From the NCBI GenBank assembly GCA_021741155.1, contig JAIOYP010000005.1:46668-110667 (forward strand): DNA of 64,000 nucleotides, in the 5' to 3' direction. The notes below the pieces were generated by a model. That model made no database searches. It was not told the DNA's origin and saw only the letters and a program-made list of their open reading frames with translations. The position numbers and the translations under genes were made by a program. The DNA comes from Flavobacteriales bacterium. GTDB lineage: Bacteria > Bacteroidota > Bacteroidia > UBA10329. Shown here piece by piece: positions 48,923-58,961 of the stretch (the stretch's first letter is position 1; every line of letters starts with the position of its first letter).

Positions 48923-51055
48923 TCACACAGTTCGTTGAACAGGACCTCCCTTCATGCTAAATGCGATGCGTTTGCGGGCAACGTCTACTTCCAACACTTT
49001 CACTTTTACATGCTGATGAACAGAGACGACTTCAGTCGGGTCTTTCACAAAACGGTCTGCCAATTGTGAGATGTGAACCAAACCATCCTGCTTCACGCCT
49101 ACATCTACGAACGCTCCGAAAGCGGTGATGTTGGTAACGATTCCAGGCAGTTCCATTCCAACGATGAGGTCGGTGATCTTCTCAATTCCCCGTTCAAATT
49201 CAAACACCTTGATGATGCGTCTTGGGTCGCGTCCTGGTTTTAGAAGCTCCGCTTTGATGTCTTCAAGTGTCGGCAATCCAACGGTTTCGGTTACATAGTT
49301 GGACAGGTTTACGGAGTTGATTAGTTCCTCATTCCCTAACAGTTCAGAAACTGAAACCTTCAGGTCATTCGCCATCTTTTTGACGATTGGATAGCTTTCA
49401 GGATGAACTGCTGAATTGTCCAGCGCATCTTTTCCATTCGGAATACGGAGAAATCCTGCCGCTTGCTCGAACGCTTTTGCGCCCAATCGCGGCACTTTTT
49501 TCAATTCTTCTCTGGATGAAAACGGCCCTTCTGATTGTCGGAATTCAAGGATATTATCGGCCAATTGCGGGCCAAGGCCAGAAACGTGTGTCAACAAAAA
49601 TTTACTGGCAGTATTGAGGTTCACGCCAACCTGATTGACACAGCTTTCGGTCACACGTTCGAGAGAAGCCATCAACTTCTTCTGATCCACATCATGCTGA
49701 TATTGTCCAACGCCAATTGCGGCTGGGTCAATCTTCACCAATTCTGCCAAGGGATCTATCAGTCTTCGGCCAATACTCACCGAACCACGCACCGTCACGT
49801 CAAATTGTGGGAATTCATCACGCGCAACCTTGCTTGCCGAATAGACCGAAGCTCCGGCCTCGCTTACCACAAAAACCTGCACTTTTCGGTCGAAATGAAT
49901 GGCTTTTACCAATGCTTCCGTTTCGCGACTAGCAGTTCCATTTCCAATGGCAATGGCTTCAATCTGATATTGCTCCACCAATGTTGAAAGCTTTTTCATT
50001 GCCTGCGAACGTTCGTTTTTTGGTGGATGCGGGTAGATGTTCTCGTTGTGCACCAAATCACCTTGCGCGTTGAGACAGACCACCTTGCAACCGCTTCGAT
50101 AACCAGGGTCAAGCGCCAGCACCCGCTTTTCGCCCAAAGGCGGAAGCATAAGCAGTTGCCGCAAATTCTCAGCGAACACATTGATCGCCTGTTCGTCAGA
50201 TTGCTCTTTGAACGTGCTGCGCATTTCGGTTTCGAGGGATGGCTGTAATAGACGTTTGTACGCATCTTTTGCTGCCGTGCGCACCTCATCCGAACTACCT
50301 GTCGTTCCTTTCACAAAAAAACGTTCGAGCACTTGCAACGCGTTCTCTTCTGTTGGAGAAATTCCTACGCGCAAAAAGCCTTCTTTCTCTCCGCGTAGCA
50401 TCGCCAAAAAACGATGTGAAGGAACGCGCTTCAACGGCTCTTCATGCTTGAAATAATCGCGGAACTTCTCGCCTTCCTCTTCCTTTCCTTTCACCATTTT
50501 AGAAACGATGGTGGCTTCACGTTGAAACAACTGACGCAATCGCGAACGCACGGCCGCATTCTCACTCATCCATTCGGCAATGATGTCGCGAGCGCCTTGC
50601 AATGCATCCTCGACCGAACCGACATCCCCTTTTACAAAGCGTTGGGCAGCTGTTTCAGGAAAGCGCTCATTCTGTGCCATCAGAATTTTCGCCAAGGGCT
50701 CTAATCCTAATTCAATGGCTTTTGTGGCCCTCGTTTTTCGCTTTGGTCGAAAAGGCAAATACAAGTCTTCCAGTTCCTGTGAAGTGGATGCTTCTTCTAC
50801 TCTTTTCTTCAATTCAGGCGTCAACACATCCTGTTCTTTCAACGAAGTGAGAATGGCTTCTCGCCTCTTTTCCAACTCGGTGTAACGTTCAAATAGGTCT
50901 TTGATTTTCCCGATTTGAACTTCATCCAAACCACCCGTTACTTCCTTTCGATACCTCGAAATGAAGGGAACGGTGGCTCCTCCAACAATCAAACTCAATG
51001 TGCTAGCCACTTGTGTTGGCTTACATCCTACTTCTGCCGCAATCTTGTTTTGCAT
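48923..51055 (-). CDS. tex: Tex-family RNA-binding transcriptional accessory protein
   Basis: TVPFISRYRKE, EAGASVYSAS, GVGQYQHD motifs and an S1 domain (FGAFVDVG). Confidence 0.95.
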   Translation of the reverse strand: MQNKIAAEVGCKPTQVASTLSLIVGGATVPFISRYRKEVTGGLDEVQIGKIKDLFERYTELEKRREAILTSLKEQDVLTPELKKRVEEASTSQELEDLYLPFRPKRKTRATKAIELGLEPLAKILMAQNERFPETAAQRFVKGDVGSVEDALQGARDIIAEWMSENAAVRSRLRQLFQREATIVSKMVKGKEEEGEKFRDYFKHEEPLKRVPSHRFLAMLRGEKEGFLRVGISPTEENALQVLERFFVKGTTGSSDEVRTAAKDAYKRLLQPSLETEMRSTFKEQSDEQAINVFAENLRQLLMLPPLGEKRVLALDPGYRSGCKVVCLNAQGDLVHNENIYPHPPKNERSQAMKKLSTLVEQYQIEAIAIGNGTASRETEALVKAIHFDRKVQVFVVSEAGASVYSASKVARDEFPQFDVTVRGSVSIGRRLIDPLAELVKIDPAAIGVGQYQHDVDQKKLMASLERVTESCVNQVGVNLNTASKFLLTHVSGLGPQLADNILEFRQSEGPFSSREELKKVPRLGAKAFEQAAGFLRIPNGKDALDNSAVHPESYPIVKKMANDLKVSVSELLGNEELINSVNLSNYVTETVGLPTLEDIKAELLKPGRDPRRIIKVFEFERGIEKITDLIVGMELPGIVTNITAFGAFVDVGVKQDGLVHISQLADRFVKDPTEVVSVHQHVKVKVLEVDVARKRIAFSMKGGPVQRTV

Positions 51056-51135
51056 GGCGCGAAGTAAGTACAATTGCCTCAAGATTTCGAGTTTGAACGC
51101 TTGAAGTATATATGATAGCTTCGCCTTGATTTACG

Positions 51136-52164
51136 ATGGAATACCTCAAACCTGAAGACTTTCTTTTTGCCACAGGCGAAATGTCCATTGTGGATGTGCG
51201 ATCACCAGGTGAGTTTGAGGCTGGTCACGTAACGGGAGCCATCAGCATTCCACTTTTTGCAGATGATGAGCGGGCAATAGTCGGCACAATTTACAAGCAA
51301 CAGGGAAAGAAAGGCGCGATTGAAAAGGGGCTTGAGATTGTCGGTCCGAAAATGGCCGCTTTGGCTAAAAAAGCAGAAGTCGCAGCTCCGAACGGTAAGC
51401 TTGGCGTGTATTGCTGGCGCGGTGGCATGCGAAGCAATCGCATGGCATGGCTTTTTGAGCAGGTCGGATTGAACTGTACGGTTCTTGAGGGCGGTTACAA
51501 AGCCTATCGGAATTCCGTTTTAGTAGGATTTTCCGACTTGAACAATTTAATCGTATTGGACGGGCCAACAGGAAGTGGAAAGACTAACATTTTGCATGCG
51601 CTGCGCGATGCCGGAGAACAAATTTTGGATTTAGAAGGGCTGGCCAATCACAAAGGATCTGCTTTCGGAAACATCGGCTTACCGGAACAGCCAAGTTCAC
51701 AGCAGTTTCAGAACGATTTGTACTACGAACTTCGGAAGCTTGACCTCGAAAAACGCATTTGGATTGAGCGTGAAGGAATGACGATCGGGCGCGTATATCT
51801 GCCTCAGCCGCTTTGGGAAAACATGCGCGGTTCCACGGCAATTTCCATTCGGATACCAATGGGTTTGCGCGTGGAGCGCTTGGTAGAGGATTATGGTCAT
51901 GCTTCCCGCACCGAGCTTGAAAAAAGCATTCATAAACTACAGCAGAAACTGGGTGGACAGCACATGAATACGGCTTTGGAATTGTTGTCGGAAGACCGAT
52001 TGGCAGAAGTGGCCGAGCTGCTGCTTCAATACTACGATAAACAGTACCGTTTCAGCAAGGAGAAATATCTCGACACAAAACCTTTTCCTGTAGAATTGAA
52101 TTCAAATGATATGATCAAAAATGCCAGGCTTTTTATCGAATTGGCGAATAAAGAAAAACTATGA
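51136..52164 (+). CDS. selU: tRNA 2-selenouridine synthase
   Basis: Rhodanese DVRSP and YCWRGGMRS motifs; P-loop GPTGSGKT; DLEGLANHKGSAFG. Confidence 0.95.
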   Translation: MEYLKPEDFLFATGEMSIVDVRSPGEFEAGHVTGAISIPLFADDERAIVGTIYKQQGKKGAIEKGLEIVGPKMAALAKKAEVAAPNGKLGVYCWRGGMRSNRMAWLFEQVGLNCTVLEGGYKAYRNSVLVGFSDLNNLIVLDGPTGSGKTNILHALRDAGEQILDLEGLANHKGSAFGNIGLPEQPSSQQFQNDLYYELRKLDLEKRIWIEREGMTIGRVYLPQPLWENMRGSTAISIRIPMGLRVERLVEDYGHASRTELEKSIHKLQQKLGGQHMNTALELLSEDRLAEVAELLLQYYDKQYRFSKEKYLDTKPFPVELNSNDMIKNARLFIELANKEKL

Positions 52165-53195
52165 CAGAAGACATTAAACTCACGCAATTCTCGCATGGAG
52201 GAGGATGCGGATGCAAGATTTCTCCACAGATATTGGAACAGATCCTTTCATCATCAAGAACGAAAGTGGATTTCCCAAACCTACTGGTCGGAAACACCAC
52301 AAAAGATGATGCTGCGGTTTACCGAATTGAAGGTGACAAAGCCATCATCAGCACCACCGATTTCTTTATGCCAATTGTGGATGATGCGTTTCAGTTCGGT
52401 GGCATTGCCTCGGCCAATGCCATATCAGACATCTACGCTATGGGTGGAAAACCACTGATGGCCATTGCCATTCTTGGCTGGCCGGTGAATAAAATTCCAG
52501 TCGAAGTGGCGCAGCGCGTCATGGAAGGGGCGCGGATGATCTGCGAAAAAGCGGGAATTCCGCTGGCAGGCGGGCACAGCATCGATTCTCCCGAACCGAT
52601 ATTCGGCCTTGCCGTGACTGGAATAATGAATATAGCCGATTTGAAAACCAATGACAGCGCACAGTCTGGTGACCTGCTGTTCCTCACCAAACGCTTGGGT
52701 GTTGGAATGATCAGCACAGCCCAGAAACGTGGCAAGGCACAACCTGAAGATCATAAGCGAGCGGTGGAGCAGATGTTGCAGCTCAACGATTTCGGTGGTG
52801 CTGTTTCCGCATTGAAAGGCGTGACAGCAATGACCGATGTTACTGGTTTCGGGCTCATCGGTCATTTGGTTGAGGTTTGTGAAGGAAGTGGCGTCTCAGC
52901 CTCTGTTCGTTTTGCTGATGTTCCGTTAATTGAGGGATTGAAAACCTATCTCGACCAAAGCATCTACCCAGATATGACGATGAAGAATTTCAGCACCCAT
53001 TCCTCCAAAATATCTCAATTAAGTTCGGAGCAGCTTTTCACCCTTTGCGATCCGCAGACAAGCGGTGGATTATTGATCTGTGTTCGTCCCGAAGCTGAAA
53101 ACGAGTTTCTGCAATTAGCCAAAACCGAAAATCAATCGGTTTGGAAAATTGGTGAAATGACCGAAAGGATGGAAAAGGTAGTTTCCGTTGTCTAA
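52161..53195 (+). CDS. selD: Selenide, water dikinase (Cys form)
   Basis: HGGGCGCK, DDAAVY, DVTGFGL and DPQTSGGLL motifs. Confidence 0.96.
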   Translation: MTEDIKLTQFSHGGGCGCKISPQILEQILSSSRTKVDFPNLLVGNTTKDDAAVYRIEGDKAIISTTDFFMPIVDDAFQFGGIASANAISDIYAMGGKPLMAIAILGWPVNKIPVEVAQRVMEGARMICEKAGIPLAGGHSIDSPEPIFGLAVTGIMNIADLKTNDSAQSGDLLFLTKRLGVGMISTAQKRGKAQPEDHKRAVEQMLQLNDFGGAVSALKGVTAMTDVTGFGLIGHLVEVCEGSGVSASVRFADVPLIEGLKTYLDQSIYPDMTMKNFSTHSSKISQLSSEQLFTLCDPQTSGGLLICVRPEAENEFLQLAKTENQSVWKIGEMTERMEKVVSVV

Positions 53196-53674
53196 AACTC
53201 AAACTTCAGTGAGGTATTCCCCTTTCGAGCGAGACCGCTTTTCTTTCGCCGGTTGATGTTGAGATTGACCATGTTTGTTTGGTCGTCAAATGCTTCAATC
53301 AGTAGGGTGTTCTGCACTTCGAGTATCTGAACTTTAGCGATGTTTTTAACCTCCACATAGCACCAGGTGGCATCCAACTCATTCTCCTTTCCCAAGTAGG
53401 TATAGCCAGCTTCCTTCCCATTCACTTTGATTACAAAATGTTTTCGAATGTAACTCTCAATCAATTCGTTGACCTGTGGTGGTTCGGCTGCGGTTCCGAT
53501 TTTCGCTTGAAGTGATGCGGGTTGGTTCAGTCCAACCACCAAATCATCGGTGAAAAGTTTGATGGCAATTTCCATCGTCTTTTTCTCCGAATTGTGATTG
53601 ATTTCTGTCAGCGAAAGGTGAAACTCGTGCGGTGCGAACAGGATTAGTGTGAGTGAAAGAATGAGTGCTTTCAT
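53192..53674 (-). CDS. DUF6702-like secreted protein
   Basis: HEFHLSLTEI, FTDDL and DQTNMV motifs. Confidence 0.7.
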   Translation of the reverse strand: MKALILSLTLILFAPHEFHLSLTEINHNSEKKTMEIAIKLFTDDLVVGLNQPASLQAKIGTAAEPPQVNELIESYIRKHFVIKVNGKEAGYTYLGKENELDATWCYVEVKNIAKVQILEVQNTLLIEAFDDQTNMVNLNINRRKKSGLARKGNTSLKFEF

Positions 53675-54118
53675 CTATTCGATGCTTTTGATCTGATAAC
53701 ACGTGCCATTCACAACAAATTCCACTCCGTTTTTCTTGCCAATCATTGCCTGTGCCACGGGCGATTGGACTGAAACCACAAAATAATCCCCGTTTTCAAA
53801 ACGAACTCGGCCCAAACCTGCGGTGATAAGAAAGTTGGCTTTATCGGTAAAAACCAACGTTCCCAATTGAATAGTAACTGAACTATACTTCTGGTCGATA
53901 CGCTGCAATTCGGCTACGAGCGTTTCCGCTTCGGCCAATTGCGCATACAATTTTTCCTGCTCCAAATGCATCATGGCACGACCTGTTTCGTGCTTGTCGC
54001 CAGCGGTACTCTTGTCTTCCGAACCCGCTGCTTCGCGAGTGGAGCCAAGCTCGTTTTCGAGAGCTTTCACCTTCTCGCTGGCAATTTGCAGGCAATGCTT
54101 AATAAGTCGCGCTTTCAC
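53675..54118 (-). CDS. GreA/GreB-like C-terminal domain protein
   Basis: KSTAGDKHETGRAMMHLEQE and SPVAQAMIGKK motifs. Confidence 0.75.
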   Translation of the reverse strand: MKARLIKHCLQIASEKVKALENELGSTREAAGSEDKSTAGDKHETGRAMMHLEQEKLYAQLAEAETLVAELQRIDQKYSSVTIQLGTLVFTDKANFLITAGLGRVRFENGDYFVVSVQSPVAQAMIGKKNGVEFVVNGTCYQIKSIE

Positions 54119-54294
54119 CTTGCGAAGGTAATTGCTTCAATTCTGTTCTTGATTAAGTTCTTCATCATTACACAAATAATCTAATTTGATTCATTATATT
54201 GATTTTATTAAATTATCGTGATGTATTTGACACACAAATAGAATTGTATATATTTGTATCACATTAGACGCGTTAGTGATTAAAAGCCTATATA

Positions 54295-54648
54295 ATGTAT
54301 CAAATAAAGCACGCAAACGATTGGTCAATGATGACAGACAAGGCAATTGTCAATCATCTCTGTCTTCAATTAAGACAACTTCGCCTCGACCAGAACATGA
54401 CGCAAGAACAACTGGCCGAGCGTTCAGGCCTTGGTCGGGCGACTATCAGCAGAATTGAAAAAGGTCAGTCCGTTTCATTGCTCACGCTTATTCAAATGCT
54501 TCGTGCGCTCAATCGATTAGACCTGCTGGATGCATTCCAACAGGTTTCTCCAGAAATAAGTCCGTTACAACTCCTAAAGGAGCAAAAGCCGCGCTATCGT
54601 GCTTCGGGAAAGCGAAGTTCAGACGATAAAGAACCATCAGAATGGTAG
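54295..54648 (+). CDS. XRE HTH antitoxin (HipB-like)
   Basis: TQEQLAERSGLGRATISRIEKG; overlaps the hipA-like start. Confidence 0.85.
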   Translation: MYQIKHANDWSMMTDKAIVNHLCLQLRQLRLDQNMTQEQLAERSGLGRATISRIEKGQSVSLLTLIQMLRALNRLDLLDAFQQVSPEISPLQLLKEQKPRYRASGKRSSDDKEPSEW

Positions 54649-55925
54649 TGGCCGAAGTCACCCTTTGGGGAATGCGCGCTGGCGCTGTGGCTTGGAATGA
54701 GGCCTCAAACCTTGGCTTTTTTGAGTTCGAGCCTGAATTCTTGAAACAGGGATTGGATATCGCTCCGCTGAAAATGCCATTGACTGACGCTAGAAGCGGC
54801 AAGCGTATTTTCTCTTTTCCAAACCTAAACACCGAGACGTTTCAGGGTTTGCCAGGATTGGTGGCAGACAGTCTTCCGGACAAATTCGGAAATAAGCTGA
54901 TTGAGGAATGGTTGGCACGCCAAGGTCGTTCCAGCAGCAGTATGAACCCAATTGAAAAGTTGTGCTACATCGGTTCGAGAGGAATGGGTGCGTTGGAATT
55001 CCTACCAGCCATTTCTGGTTACGAACAGGTTTCTGAGCCGCTGCAAGTGAACGAACTCGTGCGGCTGGCAAGCGACATTCTTCATCAACGGAATTCGCTT
55101 GAAACCAACCTATCGGAAACAAACACGGGAATTGAAGACATTATCCGCGTTGGAACCTCCGCTGGCGGTGCCCGTGCCAAGGCCATCATTGCTTACAATC
55201 CCGAAACGAAAGATGTGCGTTCAGGACAGGCCATCCACTCAGATGGCTACGATTATTGGATCATCAAGTTTGATGGCGTGAGCAACGACCTGTTGGGAGA
55301 CCCGCTAGGTTACGGACGAATTGAATACGCCTATTACCTCATGGCTAAGGCATGTGGCATCAACATGATGGAAAGTCGCTTGTTGGAAGAAGGTGGTCGC
55401 GCACATTTCATGACCAAGCGATTTGACCGGCTCGGCACACAAAAACTGCACATGCAAACGCTTTGCGGCATCGCGCATTTCGATTACAACCTGTCCAATG
55501 TTTATTCCTACGAGCAGGCTTTTCAAGTGATGCGCCAGTTGCGATTGCCTTATCCAGATGCCGAGGAATTGTTCCGCAGAATGGTGTTCAACATCATCTG
55601 TTTCAATTGCGATGACCACACCAAGAACATCTCCTTCTTGATGGATAAGGCTGGAGAATGGAGGCTGTCTCCCGCTTACGATATGACCTACGCTTACAAC
55701 CCAAACAACCGCTGGTTGAAACAACATCAAATGGCAGTAAACGGAAAGCGCGAAAATGTCTATCGAGGTGACCTCTTGAAAGTGGCAAGCGAAATGAACA
55801 TCAAAAAGCCGCTGGAAATCATTACTACGGTTCAAAATTCAGCAGCCAATTGGGCTGAACATGCACAGAAAGCTGATATGCCAATCAATCAAATCGAGAA
55901 GATTGACCGATTGATTAATCCTTAA
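54642..55925 (+). CDS. hipA: HipA-family Ser/Thr kinase toxin
   Basis: DSLPDKFG, SAGGARAK, KRFDR, NCDDHTKN and LSPAYD motifs. Confidence 0.93.
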   Translation: MVVAEVTLWGMRAGAVAWNEASNLGFFEFEPEFLKQGLDIAPLKMPLTDARSGKRIFSFPNLNTETFQGLPGLVADSLPDKFGNKLIEEWLARQGRSSSSMNPIEKLCYIGSRGMGALEFLPAISGYEQVSEPLQVNELVRLASDILHQRNSLETNLSETNTGIEDIIRVGTSAGGARAKAIIAYNPETKDVRSGQAIHSDGYDYWIIKFDGVSNDLLGDPLGYGRIEYAYYLMAKACGINMMESRLLEEGGRAHFMTKRFDRLGTQKLHMQTLCGIAHFDYNLSNVYSYEQAFQVMRQLRLPYPDAEELFRRMVFNIICFNCDDHTKNISFLMDKAGEWRLSPAYDMTYAYNPNNRWLKQHQMAVNGKRENVYRGDLLKVASEMNIKKPLEIITTVQNSAANWAEHAQKADMPINQIEKIDRLINP

Positions 55926-58235
55926 CTATTTCCCTTTATCCGCTGCACGTTTAGCGCGTTGCATCTCGTTTTCAGATGGCCGGTCAAATCCTTTGAAAAG
56001 TTCGAAACGCGTTGGCTCCTGCTTTGGTGGCCAATAGTTATTGTTTCGGTCAATGTCAGCTGTTTCCAAATGTGGGTCTAAGACTACACGAACGAGTTCT
56101 TTCTCTGAGAAGAAAACCTTACTCACCTTTTTATCATTCGTCTTCCAAATTTCGGCTGGAATTCGTTGTGTTTCTTTGGAGCCATCGGTGTACTCAAACT
56201 CCAAAATCACTGGCATCACCAATCCGCCTAAAGATGAAATATCAATCTGATAATAATTCAGGTCGGAATTTAGAAGCTTCTTTTCCGCTTCATTCAATCG
56301 AGCTATGTAACGATCATATTCCTCGCTGTCCAGAATCGACCAAGTGAATGGGTCAAATTGTGTGTTGTAAAAATCACAAGCCCCAGCATCTTTTTCTACA
56401 ATGCATTGAAAGGCGGCCTCGTTCCTTAAATCGCTGATATACTTTTCCCTTTCTTCAAATTGCTTCTTGGCTAGTGGCTTTTCAACTTGTGGATTTTTGG
56501 TGTTCGGTTTGAACCATTTCACGGCATCCAAACTTTGGTCTACATGGTCCGTTGTATAGAACCAGCCTCTCCAGAACCAATCCAAATCAACACCCGAAGC
56601 ATCTTCCATCGTTCGGAAAAGGTCGGCTGGCGAAGGGTGCTTAAAAGCCCAGCGTCTGGCGTATTCCTTGAATGAATAATCGAACAGCTCACGTCCCATC
56701 ACGGTTTCACGAAGGATGTTCAGCGCTGTAGCGGGCTTTCCGTAAGCGTTATTTCCAAACTGAAGAATGCTCTCGCTATTGGTCATAATTGGCACCATTC
56801 CGTTCTTATCACCCTTCATGTAATCGACAATATTTGGTGCTGGGCCTCTTCTTGCAGGGAAATCCTTGTCCCATTCCATTTCGGTCAAATACTCAACAAA
56901 TGAGTTCAATCCTTCGTCCATCCACGTCCATTGGCGTTCATCCGAGTTGATGATCATTGGGAAGAAATTATGTCCCACTTCATGCACAATCACGCCAATC
57001 ATACGATGCTTGGTATTGTCTGTGTACGTACCGTCTTTTTCTGGCCTTCCGAAGTTGAAACAAATCATCGGATACTCCATTCCAATCTGATCGGCATGAA
57101 CCGAAATCGCCACGGGATACGGATAATCAATCGTGTATTTGCTGTATGTTTTGAGCGTGTGAGCCACCACACGGGTTGAGTATTGCTCCCAAAGTGGATT
57201 ACCTTCTTTTGGATAGTAACTCATCGCCATCACTTTCTTTCCAGCGATGTCAACTCCCATAGCATCCCAAATGAATTTTCGTGATGTAGCGAAGGCAAAG
57301 TCTCGCACGTTTGTGGCTTTATATGTCCATGTTTTTTTCTCTTTGCTTCCTTCTTTCTCGTTTTCTTCCGCGTCTTTCTGAGAAACAATAATTACGGGTT
57401 CGGTGGCTGTTTTCGCTTGATTGAACTTATCCAATTGAGCAGCTGTCAACACTTGATTGTAGTTCTGACAGAAGCCAGTTGCGCCAACCATGTGATCAGC
57501 AGGAACAGTGATATTCACCTTGTAATCTCCGAAAGGAAGCGCAAACTCGCCACCTCCCAAAAACTGCTTGTGTTGCCAACCTTCTACTTCATTATAAACA
57601 CAAAGTCGAGGAAAAAACTGCGCAATCGTGTACAAGTAATTTCCATCCTCAGGGAAAAATTCGTAGCCAGAACGACCACCAATTTTCATTCTATCGTTGA
57701 TGTTGTACCACCACTTGAGTTTAATGACGGTTTTACCTTTTGATTTAAGTGCTTTTGGCAAATCAACACGCATCATGGTGTTCACAACAGTTGCTTTTAA
57801 ATCGTTTCCTGCCGCATCCTTCACATACTCGATCTTGAAACCGCCATCAAAATCGTTATGCAATCGCTCCAACTCGCCAAAGCCCATTTTATCGCTGATG
57901 GATGAATTCGAAATCTTTTTTGTGTCGCTGTCCTTGGCGCGCATGTTCTGATCCAACTGCAACCACAAATAGGTTAATTCATCAGGCGAATTGTTCCAAT
58001 AGGTGATGGTGCTCGTGCCGTAAAGTCGCTGCGTTTCATCGTCCAACTCGATGTCCATATCATAATCAACTTGCTGCTGATAATATTCATGTCCTGGCGC
58101 GCCACTTGCCGCACGATAGACATTTGGAGTTGGCAACTCTTGCCCGAGTTGAGCGAATTTTTTCGCACTCTCGTTCTCCTGAGAAAAGCCGAAAAGGGAA
58201 GAAAGGAGAAAAAGGAAAAACGGAAACTGCTTCAT
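55926..58235 (-). CDS. M1-family metallopeptidase
   Basis: GMEYPM and HEVGH...WMDEGLN motifs. Confidence 0.92.
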   Translation of the reverse strand: MKQFPFFLFLLSSLFGFSQENESAKKFAQLGQELPTPNVYRAASGAPGHEYYQQQVDYDMDIELDDETQRLYGTSTITYWNNSPDELTYLWLQLDQNMRAKDSDTKKISNSSISDKMGFGELERLHNDFDGGFKIEYVKDAAGNDLKATVVNTMMRVDLPKALKSKGKTVIKLKWWYNINDRMKIGGRSGYEFFPEDGNYLYTIAQFFPRLCVYNEVEGWQHKQFLGGGEFALPFGDYKVNITVPADHMVGATGFCQNYNQVLTAAQLDKFNQAKTATEPVIIVSQKDAEENEKEGSKEKKTWTYKATNVRDFAFATSRKFIWDAMGVDIAGKKVMAMSYYPKEGNPLWEQYSTRVVAHTLKTYSKYTIDYPYPVAISVHADQIGMEYPMICFNFGRPEKDGTYTDNTKHRMIGVIVHEVGHNFFPMIINSDERQWTWMDEGLNSFVEYLTEMEWDKDFPARRGPAPNIVDYMKGDKNGMVPIMTNSESILQFGNNAYGKPATALNILRETVMGRELFDYSFKEYARRWAFKHPSPADLFRTMEDASGVDLDWFWRGWFYTTDHVDQSLDAVKWFKPNTKNPQVEKPLAKKQFEEREKYISDLRNEAAFQCIVEKDAGACDFYNTQFDPFTWSILDSEEYDRYIARLNEAEKKLLNSDLNYYQIDISSLGGLVMPVILEFEYTDGSKETQRIPAEIWKTNDKKVSKVFFSEKELVRVVLDPHLETADIDRNNNYWPPKQEPTRFELFKGFDRPSENEMQRAKRAADKGK

Positions 58236-58264
58236 TAATTTGAGTTAAGTGGCTCTGAATGAGC

Positions 58265-58864
58265 TCAGAACGGAATTCGTTGGGCAGCCAAAAATAAGGA
58301 AATGCCACCTGACACTATGGAAATAGCTTTGTTCCAATGGTGGTGTTTAACACTTATTGTCTTTATGAGCGCAAATTGAAGCAGGAAGACAACTGCCACC
58401 ACCAGCAATTGGCCGAGTTCGATACCGATGTTGAAGGCGAAAAGCGGCATCAACAAATCATCGCCCAAAAGCGAACGCAGGTAATTCGAAAAGCCCATTC
58501 CATGAATGAGACCGAAACCAAGTGCCAAGCCCCACCCCAACCCTCCCCAAAGGGAAGGGCGAATTCCCCCTCTTTTGGAGGGGGTCAGGGGGAGGCTGAT
58601 GAGATTTTTGGCTGCGGTTGCTACGATTGTAACTGGAATAAAGAACTCAATCCAGGCTGCATTTACTGGAATGATATTCAGAACTGCTAACGCAAGTGTG
58701 ACGGAATGCCCGATAGTGAATGCGGTGACGAGCACCAGGATTTTCTTCCATTCCGAATATCTGTATGCTGCGCAAAGCGCCAGCAAAAACAGCATGTGAT
58801 CATAACCGTGCAGGTCGGTTATGTGCTCAAATCCGAGTTGGAGGTAGGTTGAAAGCATATTCAC
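58265..58864 (-). CDS. HupE/UreJ-family membrane protein carrying an in-frame REP-like insertion
   Basis: GFEHI, DHMLFL, AFTIGHSVTL, FGLIHGMGF and FNIGIELGQ motifs. Confidence 0.9.
   Translation of the reverse strand: MNMLSTYLQLGFEHITDLHGYDHMLFLLALCAAYRYSEWKKILVLVTAFTIGHSVTLALAVLNIIPVNAAWIEFFIPVTIVATAAKNLISLPLTPSKRGGIRPSLWGGLGWGLALGFGLIHGMGFSNYLRSLLGDDLLMPLFAFNIGIELGQLLVVAVVFLLQFALIKTISVKHHHWNKAISIVSGGISLFLAAQRIPF
58528..58597. repeat. REP-like inverted pair inside a coding sequence
   Basis: agccccaccccaaccctccccaaagggaaggg ... ccccctcttttggagggggtcagggggaggct. Confidence 0.8.
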
Positions 58865-58961
58865 TATATCTGGGTGAAAGTCATGATCTGGCCCTAAAAA
58901 AGCTGACGCTCATCATTCCATAAACGTATGGCAAAACTGATATTGTTGCAAATTTGAAATC

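Noticed and set aside
52161-52230. Selenocysteine recoding in SelD
   Set aside because: The active-site codons are TGC (Cys); there is no in-frame TGA.
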